Shown here piece by piece: positions 38,181-47,772 of a DNA stretch of 64,000 nucleotides (positions within the stretch are counted from its first letter, which is position 1; each line of letters starts with the position of its first letter). The position numbers were made by a program, and so were the translations under genes. The DNA is taken from assembly GCA_050633305.1 (NCBI GenBank), contig JBOEGF010000018.1, positions 800,001 to 864,000 on the forward strand, in the 5' to 3' direction. The notes under the pieces were generated by a model, which searched no databases, had not been told where the DNA came from, and worked only from the letters and a program-made list of their open reading frames with translations. The stretch comes from Nannocystales bacterium (GTDB taxonomy: Bacteria; Myxococcota_A; Polyangia; Nannocystales; Nannocystaceae).

Positions 38181-39742
38181 CAGTGCCCCTCACCGTCGTG
38201 GGGAACGGTGAGGAACTGAGCGCTCACAAAGGCGAGCGACATGACGGCGTACCCCGTCGCCCAGGGCCACGCTGGCGCGAGGTTGATGACGGTGTCCGCG
38301 GGCGTGAACGCATAGCCGTGCATCAAGCCGGCGACGGAGAGGACCGATGCGGCGGCGCACCATGCTGCCGCCGTGACGAACTTGCGCTCGATCACCGCCA
38401 CCGTCGCGGCCGCGAGGATCATGGAGGTGAAGATGAACCCTTGTTCGAGCGCGAACGCACCATGAATCCAGGTGTCGCTGGCCGCGAAGTTGGCGATCAG
38501 CCCCTCGTTGAACGGAGGACCCCCCGGGGTTCCGACCCCCGCGGCACGCAGTCCGTTCTTGGCCATCACCGCGCCCCAGGCTCCAACCCCCGGCAGCAGG
38601 CCCATCACGACCGCGGGCGCGTGGTTCCGCGGTGTGGCTTGGAACGCCTGGGCCGTGATCACCATTCCGATCCACAGAATGACGGCCATCCCGGCATCGA
38701 TGGGAATGGCGTAGGCGAGCCAGCCGAGCGTTCCCGTGAGACAAACGATCGTGACGAACACGGCGTTGGCGACCGAGTATCCCGCGCGGGCGCCCATCGC
38801 TTTCCAACCCGGGTGTCCGATGTAGATGGTCGTGGGGAAGCAACTGCCAAACAAGCCGGCCACGAGCGTGCCGCCGCCGTTGACGGCCAGGGATGGCGCA
38901 GCCGGAAAATCATCGCCGGTCGCAGACGCCGACTCGATGTTCTGGAGCGACCCCACGAGGTTGAACAACCCCATCGGCAGGATGATGGAGAAGTACGTCG
39001 TCAAGTGGCCGGCACCGAACGCGTCGATGAGGTCGCCGATCACGGGAATCGGCAGATGAAAGCTCGCGGCGTCGGGTGCATCGCCGACCGGGGCCATTCC
39101 GGTGCTCCAGGCGATGATGATGCCGAGTCCCACCGCGACGAGTCCACCGGGGATGTTGCCCTTGAACCGAACCCGCCCGAAGTACGTGAGCATGACGATG
39201 CCCAACGTTGCGAGCCCGATGAGTGGATTGGCGAAGGTGCGGAATAAGAAACCCAGGGAGATGAACCCCAGGGCGATACCCGAGAGGGTGGCGAGCAGGG
39301 CGGCGCGGGGCGTGGCCTTGCGCAGGCGTTCGGCGACAAACGCACCGCCGAGTTCGATCGCTCCACTGCCGAGCGTCGCGACGAGACCCGCCTGCCAGGC
39401 GATGCGAGCGGGGTCCTCGGCACCGGCCGCGGTCGCCGCCAGCTTGGCGGGCAGCATCACCAAGAACACGTGGGCGAAGAGCGAGACCGTGTTGATGCCG
39501 TAGGGGAGCGCGCACACGTCGTCGCGGCCGGTCGAGTCCCCGAGTTTCTTCGCCTGGTAGGCGTAGAAAAGGTTTCCGACGATGAGAGACATCGCGACGC
39601 CGGGGAGGACGCGCCCATGAAGTAGGGCGTCGTCGAACCCGAGAACCGTGCGGCACAGGGCGTCGATCAGCAGCAGCTGCACCAGGTTGTCGAGCGCAAG
39701 GCCGAAGAACCCGTCGATGTCTCCGCGGACGAACCAGCGCAT
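38180..39742 (-). CDS. NCS2-like (xanthine/uracil/AzgA-related) permease
   Basis: Polytopic; GDIDGFFGLALDNLVQ, ALPYGINT, FPTTIYIGHPGWKAMGARAGY. Confidence 0.8.
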   Translation of the reverse strand: MRWFVRGDIDGFFGLALDNLVQLLLIDALCRTVLGFDDALLHGRVLPGVAMSLIVGNLFYAYQAKKLGDSTGRDDVCALPYGINTVSLFAHVFLVMLPAKLAATAAGAEDPARIAWQAGLVATLGSGAIELGGAFVAERLRKATPRAALLATLSGIALGFISLGFLFRTFANPLIGLATLGIVMLTYFGRVRFKGNIPGGLVAVGLGIIIAWSTGMAPVGDAPDAASFHLPIPVIGDLIDAFGAGHLTTYFSIILPMGLFNLVGSLQNIESASATGDDFPAAPSLAVNGGGTLVAGLFGSCFPTTIYIGHPGWKAMGARAGYSVANAVFVTIVCLTGTLGWLAYAIPIDAGMAVILWIGMVITAQAFQATPRNHAPAVVMGLLPGVGAWGAVMAKNGLRAAGVGTPGGPPFNEGLIANFAASDTWIHGAFALEQGFIFTSMILAAATVAVIERKFVTAAAWCAAASVLSVAGLMHGYAFTPADTVINLAPAWPWATGYAVMSLAFVSAQFLTVPHDGEGH

Positions 39743-39844
39743 TGTCCCCGAGTACCAGACCTCAACCGGGCTCCGAAAGGGCTCCGTGCGCCGAATCCGG
39801 ACCGTGCGGGCAAGTTCCGCGAGCATCGGCTAATCTCCCCGGCC

Positions 39845-40666
39845 GTGGCCGATCTATCGAACAAGGTGCTGTTCATTACCGGGGCGAGCCGAGGCATCGG
39901 CAAAGCCATTGCGCTGCGCGCCGCCTGTGACGGGGCCAAGATTGTCGTGGCTGCCAAGACGGCAGAGCCTCACCCCAAGCTTCCAGGGACGATCTACACC
40001 GCGGCGGAGGAGATCGAAGCTGCCGGAGGCACGGCCCTTCCGATCGTGACCGACATTCGCTCCGAGGAAGCAGTCGATGCCGCGATGGCCAAGGCGGTCG
40101 AGACGTTCGGTGGCATCGATATCCTCATCAACAACGCCAGCGCGATCAGCCTGACCAATACGGCGCACACGTCGATGAAACGGTACGACCTCATGCAGCA
40201 GGTCAACGCGCGCGGCACGTACCTGTGCACCGCCAAAGCCGTCCCGCACCTGCTCAAGGCCGACAACCCCCACGTGCTCACGTTGTGCCCGCCGCTGTCG
40301 GATGCGCCCAAGTGGTACCGCAGCCATACCGCCTACACGATGGCGAAGATGGGGATGAGCATGTGTGTCATCGGCCACGCTGGCGAGTTCGACGGAAAGA
40401 TCGCGGTCAATGGGCTGTGGCCGCGGACCGCCATCGCGACGGCCGCGGTGCGCAATGTGATCGGCGGGGACGCGATGATGAAGCGTTGTCGCAAACCGAC
40501 GATCATGGCCGATGCGGCCCACGCGGTTCTTCTGATGGACGCGAAGACCACCACCGGGAACTTCTTCGTCGATGATGCTGTGTTGTCGGATGTCGGAGTC
40601 ACCGACTTCGACCCCTACGCGGTTGAGCCCGGTGCGGACCTCGTGCCCGACTTCTTCTTGGACTAA
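39845..40666 (+). CDS. SDR oxidoreductase (HSDL2-like)
   Basis: ITGASRGIG, AKTAEPHPKLPGTI, NNASAI, YTMAK. Confidence 0.9.
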   Translation: MADLSNKVLFITGASRGIGKAIALRAACDGAKIVVAAKTAEPHPKLPGTIYTAAEEIEAAGGTALPIVTDIRSEEAVDAAMAKAVETFGGIDILINNASAISLTNTAHTSMKRYDLMQQVNARGTYLCTAKAVPHLLKADNPHVLTLCPPLSDAPKWYRSHTAYTMAKMGMSMCVIGHAGEFDGKIAVNGLWPRTAIATAAVRNVIGGDAMMKRCRKPTIMADAAHAVLLMDAKTTTGNFFVDDAVLSDVGVTDFDPYAVEPGADLVPDFFLD

Positions 40667-40675
40667 GGCGAGACG

Positions 40676-41641
40676 ATGATCGAAGTCGAAGGCCTCACGC
40701 GCTACTACGGCGACTTTGCGGCGGTGCAAGACGCATCGTTCTCGATCGGTGAGCGCGAGATCGTCGGATTCCTGGGTCTCAACGGCGCGGGCAAGAGCAC
40801 CATCCTCAAGGTCCTCGCGGGCCTGCTGATGCCCAGCGCAGGGACGGTGCGTGTTGGCGGCGTCGATGCGCTCGAGGATCCGGACACGCTGCGGACCAAG
40901 ATTGGCTTTCTGCCCGAAGAACCGCCGCTGTATCGAGAGATGCAGGTGCGCGAGTTCCTTCGATGGGTCGGACAGGCCAAAGGCTGTTCGGCCAAGGACG
41001 TGGATGCTGAGCTGCCGAAGGTCATCGAGCTGTGCGACCTCGGCACGATGCAGCACAAGGTCATCGCCGAGCTGTCGCACGGTTACCGCAAGCGTGTGGG
41101 CATCGCCCAGGCGATTATCCATCGGCCCGAGGTGGTGATCCTCGACGAGCCGATCAGCGGGCTCGACCCGCAGCAGATCGTGGAGATGCGAAAGGTCGTT
41201 CGTTCGCTCAAGGAGCGAGCCACGGTCCTCATCAGCTCCCACATCCTGACCGAGGTCGCCGTGACGTGTGACCGGGTGCTCGTCATTCACGGCGGTTGCA
41301 TCGTCGCGACCGGATCCACCGATGAACTGGCCCAGCAACAGGGCGGTGGAGGGGCGGTGACGCTGAGCCTGCGGGGCACGGTGGAGGACGTCGAAAAGGC
41401 GCTCTCGAGCAGCGAGGCGGTCAAGGAGTTCGAGGTTGGCGAGGACGAAGGGCTCGTGCGGGCCGACGTCGCGCTGGCCGACGGGGAGAACCCTCGCGAA
41501 GACTTGGTGGCGCACCTCGTGGCGGCCGGCCTCGGCGTGTTCGGGGTGCAAGACACGGTTTCAGAGCTCGAGCAGGCGTTCCTGCAGCTCACCCGGGGCG
41601 ACGCGAAGGCGGCGCTGCCCAAGGAGGACAAAGCATCATGA
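40676..41641 (+). CDS. ABC transporter ATP-binding protein (GldA-like)
   Basis: GLNGAGKST, LSHGYRKR, ILDEP, SSH. Confidence 0.92.
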   Translation: MIEVEGLTRYYGDFAAVQDASFSIGEREIVGFLGLNGAGKSTILKVLAGLLMPSAGTVRVGGVDALEDPDTLRTKIGFLPEEPPLYREMQVREFLRWVGQAKGCSAKDVDAELPKVIELCDLGTMQHKVIAELSHGYRKRVGIAQAIIHRPEVVILDEPISGLDPQQIVEMRKVVRSLKERATVLISSHILTEVAVTCDRVLVIHGGCIVATGSTDELAQQQGGGGAVTLSLRGTVEDVEKALSSSEAVKEFEVGEDEGLVRADVALADGENPREDLVAHLVAAGLGVFGVQDTVSELEQAFLQLTRGDAKAALPKEDKAS

Positions 41642-42363
41642 GAGGGATGATGATGGTGGCGCGCCGAGACCTGGCGGCCTATCTCAACAACGTCTGGGGC
41701 TACGCGGTCATCGCGGTCGTGTTGGTGGTCGACGGGCTACTGTTCAACGCTGTCGCGCTGGGTGATCGGCCCAAGTACAGCGCCGAGGTGATGGAGCAGT
41801 TCTTCTACTTCTCGTTCGGCACGACGGTGATCGCCTCGATCCTGCTGACGATGCGACTCGTCGCGGAAGAACGCCAGACGGGGACGCTCGTCCTCATCGA
41901 TAGCTCGCCGCTGCGGCCGTGGCAGATCATCGGGGGCAAGTACCTCTCCGCGATGACCGTGCTCGCGGGGCTCGTTCTCGCGACCCTCTACATGCCAGCT
42001 CTGGTCTTCGTGAACGGCAAGGTCTCCTACGGTCACATCGTGGCTGGGTACACGGGCCTACTGTTGGTGGCCGCCGCGACGGCTGCGATCGGTACGTTTG
42101 CGTCCACCGTGTCTCGCACGCAGCTCGTGGCTGGCTTTGCCTCCACCGCGTTGACCGTAGTCTTTGTGGTGTTCTGGCTTCTCGCCAAGGTCGCCGACCC
42201 TCCGCTCAAGGACGTCTTCTCGTACATGAGCCTCTACGACCGGCACTTTCGCGGGTTCATGCAGGGGCAGATCAACACCGAGGACATCGTGTTCTACGTC
42301 AGCATCGCCTTCGTCTCTCTGACGCTCAGTACCCGCTTCATGGCGGCCCGGAGGTGGCGATGA
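41638..42363 (+). CDS. ABC-2 permease (GldF-like)
   Basis: About six TMs; TMRLVAEERQTGT; GKYL; ATGA coupling. Confidence 0.88.
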   Translation: MRGMMMVARRDLAAYLNNVWGYAVIAVVLVVDGLLFNAVALGDRPKYSAEVMEQFFYFSFGTTVIASILLTMRLVAEERQTGTLVLIDSSPLRPWQIIGGKYLSAMTVLAGLVLATLYMPALVFVNGKVSYGHIVAGYTGLLLVAAATAAIGTFASTVSRTQLVAGFASTALTVVFVVFWLLAKVADPPLKDVFSYMSLYDRHFRGFMQGQINTEDIVFYVSIAFVSLTLSTRFMAARRWR

Positions 42364-44288
42364 GCCTCTCCGCGATCCTGTACTTGGTCTCGATGTGCAC
42401 GTTGTTCATCGGACAGCGGATGCTCGATGGGAACGACGGTCCGCAGATGGCCGTGACCGTGGTGGGGTGTATCGTGCTGGCGGTCTCGGCAGGGCTGAGA
42501 CTCCGGCCCTTGCGGACCGCGAACGACCCGGGGCTTCGTCTCGGTCATCGCCTGGCGTTGATCGGCCTCCTCACCGGGGTTGCGTCGCTGGTTCTCTACA
42601 CCGCGACGACGGACACGGTGATCGCCTCGCTGACGCTGGGGGATGAGGCCGAGGAACGCTGGTTGGGAACGTGGCGCTCGTTGTGGCCGCTGGTTTGGCT
42701 CATCGGCACCGTGCCGATGCTGGCCGCCGACTACGCGTGCGAGAGCTCTCCGACCATGATGCCCAAGCGCCGAGCGCGAGAGCTTGCGCTGCACGGCCTC
42801 ATCGTCGCAATGGGCGTCGGCTTGGCATTCCCGATCAACTACATCGCCAGCCAGAAGAAAGAACGCTGGGACCTCGCGTACTTCAAGACCCCGCAACCGG
42901 GCACGGCTACGTTCGCGCTCGCGCAAGCGCTGGAGTCTCCGGTCGACGTCCGCATCTTCATGCCGCCCAGTTCCGAAGTCGCTCAGGAGTTGCGCAACTA
43001 CTTCGGGCCTCTCGAGGGGCCGATGCTGCGGGTGCAGGTCATCGACCAAGCCGCCGAGCCGCGGCTGGCCAAGGCGCTCGCGGTCCGGAACAACGGGACG
43101 ATCACGTTCACACAAGGGGATATCCTCCTCGACGGCGCACCGCTGGCTGAGGGCGAGGAGCCGCCGCCCAAGCCCGTGACGCGAAACGTCAAGGTCAGCG
43201 CCGAGTTTGACAAGGCCAAGCGTGCACTCAAGAAGATCGATGCCGATGTGCAGAAGGTCCTCATCGAACTGGGCCATGGGGAACGCATCGCGTATGTGAC
43301 GACCGGACACGGCGAGCTGACCTGGCGCCGCGCCGCGCAACCGGTCCCCGAGCTTCAGGCCGGCGGCCTACGCGAGGAACTCAAGAGCCAAGGCTTTACG
43401 GTCAAGGAGCTGGGGCTGCGCGAGAAGCTTGGGGAGGGCGTACCGTCAGATGCGAGCCTGGTCATGGTGCTGGGCCCGCGGTATCCGTTCTCCCAAGCCG
43501 AGACGGACTCGCTGCGGGCCTACCTCGAGGCAGGCGGGTCGCTGTTTCTTGCGCTCGAGCCACGGGCCGCCCGGGCGCCACTGCCTGCCCCGGTCGAGGA
43601 CCCCCTGGACGCGATGGCGGCCGAGGTTCTTGGGGTCACGGTGGCCGACGCCATCCTCGCCGACGAGGTCGTCCACGCCCGTAGCGCGGGCGACAAACGC
43701 GACAACTTCTTGCTTCTCACCGACTCGTTCAGCTCCCACGGAAGCAGTGTCACGTTGGCCGCGGAGCGGCAGGTGTTCGGGGCGCCGTTCACGGGCTACC
43801 TCGAACTCGAAGAAGGACACGCTGCTGCGCACACGGTGACGGTTCGATCGATGGCGACGGCGTTCGTCGATGAGGATCGCAACGCGACCTTCTCCGCGGA
43901 CGCGGGCGAGGTCAAGGGCACCAAGCCCCTCGTCGCGGCGGTCAGCGGGAGCACGAATGCGGTGGGCTGGAGGGCGATCGTCACCAGCACCTCCTCGGTG
44001 GTCTCGGACGTCGCGCTGGGCGGTGTCGGCGAGCAGGGGGGGAGCGTCATTCCCGGCAACATCCACTTCCTACGGGATACGACCAACTGGCTGATCGGCG
44101 CGGAGGCGCTCTCGGGCACGACCCAGTCCGAGGAGGACGTGAAGATCGAACACACCAAGGAAGGCCAGACATGGTGGTTCTACTCGACGGTTCTCGGCGT
44201 TCCGCTGCTGGTCTTCGGGTTGGGGGTGTTTCGCGTTCGCATGCGGCACCGTGGTCAGCAGGCCCACGTGAAAGGAGACGCACGATGA
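42360..44288 (+). CDS. GldG-like ABC auxiliary protein
   Basis: N-terminal TMs; RWDL; YVTTGHGE; VLGPRYPF...YLEAGGSLF; C-terminal TM. Confidence 0.8.
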   Translation: MSLSAILYLVSMCTLFIGQRMLDGNDGPQMAVTVVGCIVLAVSAGLRLRPLRTANDPGLRLGHRLALIGLLTGVASLVLYTATTDTVIASLTLGDEAEERWLGTWRSLWPLVWLIGTVPMLAADYACESSPTMMPKRRARELALHGLIVAMGVGLAFPINYIASQKKERWDLAYFKTPQPGTATFALAQALESPVDVRIFMPPSSEVAQELRNYFGPLEGPMLRVQVIDQAAEPRLAKALAVRNNGTITFTQGDILLDGAPLAEGEEPPPKPVTRNVKVSAEFDKAKRALKKIDADVQKVLIELGHGERIAYVTTGHGELTWRRAAQPVPELQAGGLREELKSQGFTVKELGLREKLGEGVPSDASLVMVLGPRYPFSQAETDSLRAYLEAGGSLFLALEPRAARAPLPAPVEDPLDAMAAEVLGVTVADAILADEVVHARSAGDKRDNFLLLTDSFSSHGSSVTLAAERQVFGAPFTGYLELEEGHAAAHTVTVRSMATAFVDEDRNATFSADAGEVKGTKPLVAAVSGSTNAVGWRAIVTSTSSVVSDVALGGVGEQGGSVIPGNIHFLRDTTNWLIGAEALSGTTQSEEDVKIEHTKEGQTWWFYSTVLGVPLLVFGLGVFRVRMRHRGQQAHVKGDAR

Positions 44289-45289
44289 AGTCCGCAGTGA
44301 TTGGATACGGGCTGGCGCTCACGCTGGCGCTCGGAGGCGCTTATCAGACCTGGACCCACGAAGGAGACCCCGACCTGTCCGGCTCCACGGTCATTCTCGA
44401 CGTCGAGCGGGCCGACCTCGAGGCCCTCGTCTTTGAGAGTCCGACGGGGCGGGTTCGTCTCGAACTCCGCGAGGACGAACTGGGACCCTACGTTTGGGCG
44501 CTGACCGAACCGGTGGCCAAGCCCGAGCCCGAACCCGAGTCCCCGTCGGCCAAGCCCGTCCCGGCACAGCCGCAGGCGTTCAAGGCCGGCGCGGCAGGGG
44601 AAACGATCGCCAAGGGATCCGCGCCCTTTGTCGCCAAGCGCGTCCTCGAAGGCATCGACGGGTCCAAACTCGAGGAGCTCGGCTTCGGGGACGAGCAGGC
44701 CTCACTGACGTTCCATCGTAAGGGTCGTGACACGAAAACCTACGAGGTTGGCGCCAAGGCCTACGGCGGATCGAACCGCTACATCCGAGACCCTGCGGAC
44801 GGCACGGTGTACATCGTCGCGGCGAGCCTCATCGATAGTTTGGAGACCGCGGACCGCTCGTTGCCAGACCGTTCGCTGCTCGCCTTCGACGTGACCGACA
44901 TCGATACGATCTCGGTCCGGGGCGGAGAGGCGGAGGCGACTTACGTGCAAAACAACCCGGACGACCGGGCCGCGCGCTTTTGGTCAACTCCGGGCTCCTC
45001 GGACCCGAGCCCCGCCGCAGCGGGATGGTTCGACAAGGCTCTTCGCCTGAAGGTGTTGCGCTACATCGAGCCCGCAAACAAGCCGACGGGGTTACAGGAA
45101 GCGTTCTCGATGACGGTGAGCGCCGGGCGGAAGTCCAGCGAGGCCATCATCTACCGTGCGGCCGGGGAGGACGGAAATGAGGCTTGGTACGCGTCTTCGA
45201 CCCACAACCGGGCGCTGGTACAGCTCCAAAGCTCCTCCGCCGCCGAAGCGCAGGCCGACCTGGCGTCGGTTCTGGACGTCGAGCCGTAA
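44285..45289 (+). CDS. DUF4340-like membrane-anchored protein
   Basis: N-terminal TM; LEELGF...YEVG...YIR...VYIV...LPDRSLL; usual fourth position after GldAFG-like genes; ATGA coupling. Confidence 0.7.
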   Translation: MKSAVIGYGLALTLALGGAYQTWTHEGDPDLSGSTVILDVERADLEALVFESPTGRVRLELREDELGPYVWALTEPVAKPEPEPESPSAKPVPAQPQAFKAGAAGETIAKGSAPFVAKRVLEGIDGSKLEELGFGDEQASLTFHRKGRDTKTYEVGAKAYGGSNRYIRDPADGTVYIVAASLIDSLETADRSLPDRSLLAFDVTDIDTISVRGGEAEATYVQNNPDDRAARFWSTPGSSDPSPAAAGWFDKALRLKVLRYIEPANKPTGLQEAFSMTVSAGRKSSEAIIYRAAGEDGNEAWYASSTHNRALVQLQSSSAAEAQADLASVLDVEP

Positions 45290-45315
45290 CGAGACCCCAC
45301 ACCGGTGGCGTATTG

Positions 45316-46500
45316 ATGCCCATGCGGATGCTCGTGTTCATGGCGGTGATGACCGCCATCTGGATCGGCGGGCACATCTACATCGGACGCCGCCTGTTCG
45401 GTCGACTCGGACTCTCAACCCGGCTGCGTCGGCTGGCCTGGATCGGGCTCTCGCTCAGCGGGTCGACCGCGATGGCGGCGCTTTGGGCTTCGAGAATCGG
45501 GGGCGGATCATCGGGGTTGCGCACGCTGCAATGGGTCGGGTTGTGGTTGTTCGGCCTGACCTCGGTGTTGTTCTTCCTCGTGTTGTTCTCGGACATCGTC
45601 GGCGGAGCAGCCAAGGGGATGCGCAAGGTGCTCTCGTCGGCGAATCCGACACCTCCCGACGATCCAGGCCGACGGGGTTTCATCGGCAAGGTTGCGAGTA
45701 TGGGAGCGATGGCGACCTCCGGAGGCGTGGGAGGTGTCGGGCTCGCGCAGGCGATGCAACTTCCCGAAGTGGTCGAGGTCGAGGTCCCGATCGACGGACT
45801 GCCGGAGGCGTTCGACGGCTACCGTATCGTTCAGCTCTCGGACGTGCATGTTGGGCCCACGATTCGTCGCGAGCATCTGGAGGCGATCGTCGAGCGGGCC
45901 AACGGACTCGACGGTGATCTTGCGGTGGTCACGGGGGACTTGGTCGATGGGTACGTCGACGACCTGCGCGACGAGGTCGCACCGTTGGCTGGGTTTCGCG
46001 GGCGCGACGGCGCCTACTTTGTGACGGGGAATCACGAGTACTACTGGGACGGGCCCGCCTGGTGCGACGAGGTGGCGCGGTTGGGCCTCGGTGTCCTCAA
46101 CAACGAGCATCGGGTGATCTCCCGCGGTGGTGCACGTTTGTTGCTCGCCGGTTGCACGGACGTGAAGGCGGGAGACCTCGTTCCCGAGCACGCCTCGGAC
46201 CCAGCAGGCGCCCGTGCTGGTGCTCCGCCGTGCGATGTTTCGATTCTCCTCGCACACCAGCCTCGCAGCATCGATGCCGCGTCCGTAGCTGGGTACGACC
46301 TTCAGCTCTCCGGACACACCCACGGAGGGCAGTATTTTCCGTTCAGCGTGTTGGTGCACCTGGCGCAGCCCTACGTTGCGGGGTTGGCGAAACATGACAA
46401 GACCTGGATCTACGTCAGTCGAGGCACGGGGTACTGGGGGCCGCCGATGCGCGTGGGTGCCCCGCACGAGATCACGCTGGTCACGCTTCGCCGAGCCTGA
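45316..46500 (+). CDS. Membrane-anchored metallophosphoesterase (YkuE-like)
   Basis: Three TMs, then GRRGFIG; SDVH, GDLVD, GNHE, AHQP, GHTHGGQ. Confidence 0.9.
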   Translation: MPMRMLVFMAVMTAIWIGGHIYIGRRLFGRLGLSTRLRRLAWIGLSLSGSTAMAALWASRIGGGSSGLRTLQWVGLWLFGLTSVLFFLVLFSDIVGGAAKGMRKVLSSANPTPPDDPGRRGFIGKVASMGAMATSGGVGGVGLAQAMQLPEVVEVEVPIDGLPEAFDGYRIVQLSDVHVGPTIRREHLEAIVERANGLDGDLAVVTGDLVDGYVDDLRDEVAPLAGFRGRDGAYFVTGNHEYYWDGPAWCDEVARLGLGVLNNEHRVISRGGARLLLAGCTDVKAGDLVPEHASDPAGARAGAPPCDVSILLAHQPRSIDAASVAGYDLQLSGHTHGGQYFPFSVLVHLAQPYVAGLAKHDKTWIYVSRGTGYWGPPMRVGAPHEITLVTLRRA

Positions 46501-46589
46501 CGAACGCGATCGAGTGTCAGCTTGGCCACCGTCTTTTCCGAACCGGCGGAAGGTGGGGACGCGAGCCCCCTGGGCGCTACCCTAGGAAC

Positions 46590-47690
46590 ATGGGAAGGGG
46601 AGCGTTGCGTACGGCAGCAGCCGGCGCACTCATGATCGTTGCGTGCGGAGGGTCTTCGTCTCCGCCGTCGGACACCGTGGCGGACACCGATGAGACCGGT
46701 ATCGATTTCACCGCGGGGGCCAGTACCGGGGAGGGCGAGAGCAGCTCTGGGCCGTTTGCGACGACCACATCGCCGCCGACGACCACGGCGAACCCGGACG
46801 GGCTGACGAGCGGCTGTGGCGAGGTCACCGTGATGTTGGAACCGGTGGTGCCCACAATTGTCCTGCTGATCGACCAGTCCGGAAGCATGACCGCAGACTT
46901 CGGCGAGCAGGATCGCTGGGCCTCGGTGTACGAGACGCTGATGGACCCCGACGACGGAGTGGTCGCGCAGCTTCAGTCTCAGGTTCGGTTTGGGGTCACG
47001 CTGTACACGAGTGAGGACGGGAACGATGGACGCGAGTGTCCGATTCTCACCTCGGTCGAAGCGGCGCTCGACAACCGGGACGCGATCGATGCCGAGTACG
47101 CACCCGCCAACCCCAACGACGAGACTCCGACAGGCGAGTCTCTCGAGGCCGTCGCGATCTCGCTGGCCGCCCTCGAGTTCGAGGGTCCCAAGGCGATCGT
47201 TCTCGCGACCGACGGCGAGCCTGATACCTGCGACACACCCAACCCCCAGGAGGGGCAGCCAGAGGCCTTGGCCGCTGCAGCGTTCGCGTTTAGCGAGGAA
47301 ATCTCAACATTCGTCATCTCGGTGGGGGACGAGGTCGGCGCCGACCACCTCCAGGAGATGGCCAACGTCGGGGTGGGGAAGGATGCGAACGACCCCATGC
47401 CCGCGCCGTACTACGAGGCGTTGGATGCAGGGCAACTCGTCGACGCCTTCAACGAGATCGTCGGTACGTTCATCAGCTGCGAGCTGACCATCGACGGTGA
47501 GGTCGACCTCGAAAAAGCGTGCGAGGGCACCGTGACCCTCGATGGCGAGGAACTCGAATGCGGCACCGATTGGGACGTTCCCAACGAGACCACGCTGCTG
47601 CTCATCGGCGCCGCATGCGACACGCTCAAAGATGGTGCGTCACACTCCGTCGATGCGAGCTGGCCGTGCGACGTTGTTGTGATTCCCTAG
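46590..47690 (+). CDS. vWA-domain lipoprotein
   Basis: Lipobox IVAC; LIDQSGSM, ETPTGESL, LATDGEPD; Cys-containing C-terminal domain. Confidence 0.85.
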   Translation: MGRGALRTAAAGALMIVACGGSSSPPSDTVADTDETGIDFTAGASTGEGESSSGPFATTTSPPTTTANPDGLTSGCGEVTVMLEPVVPTIVLLIDQSGSMTADFGEQDRWASVYETLMDPDDGVVAQLQSQVRFGVTLYTSEDGNDGRECPILTSVEAALDNRDAIDAEYAPANPNDETPTGESLEAVAISLAALEFEGPKAIVLATDGEPDTCDTPNPQEGQPEALAAAAFAFSEEISTFVISVGDEVGADHLQEMANVGVGKDANDPMPAPYYEALDAGQLVDAFNEIVGTFISCELTIDGEVDLEKACEGTVTLDGEELECGTDWDVPNETTLLLIGAACDTLKDGASHSVDASWPCDVVVIP

Positions 47691-47699
47691 CGTGTCGGA

Positions 47700-47770
47700 G
47701 GTCTGGGGTGCAGCGGATTCCAGACCCGATTGGCCAATCGGTCCCGGCTGAGGCGTCCTTTAGGGACGCC
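47700..47770. terminator. Cluster of inverted repeats between convergent genes
   Basis: ggtctgg...ccagacc; 16-bp palindrome ccgattggccaatcgg (47726-47741); ggcgtcc-tttag-ggacgcc (47752-47770). Confidence 0.5.
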
Positions 47771-47772
47771 CC

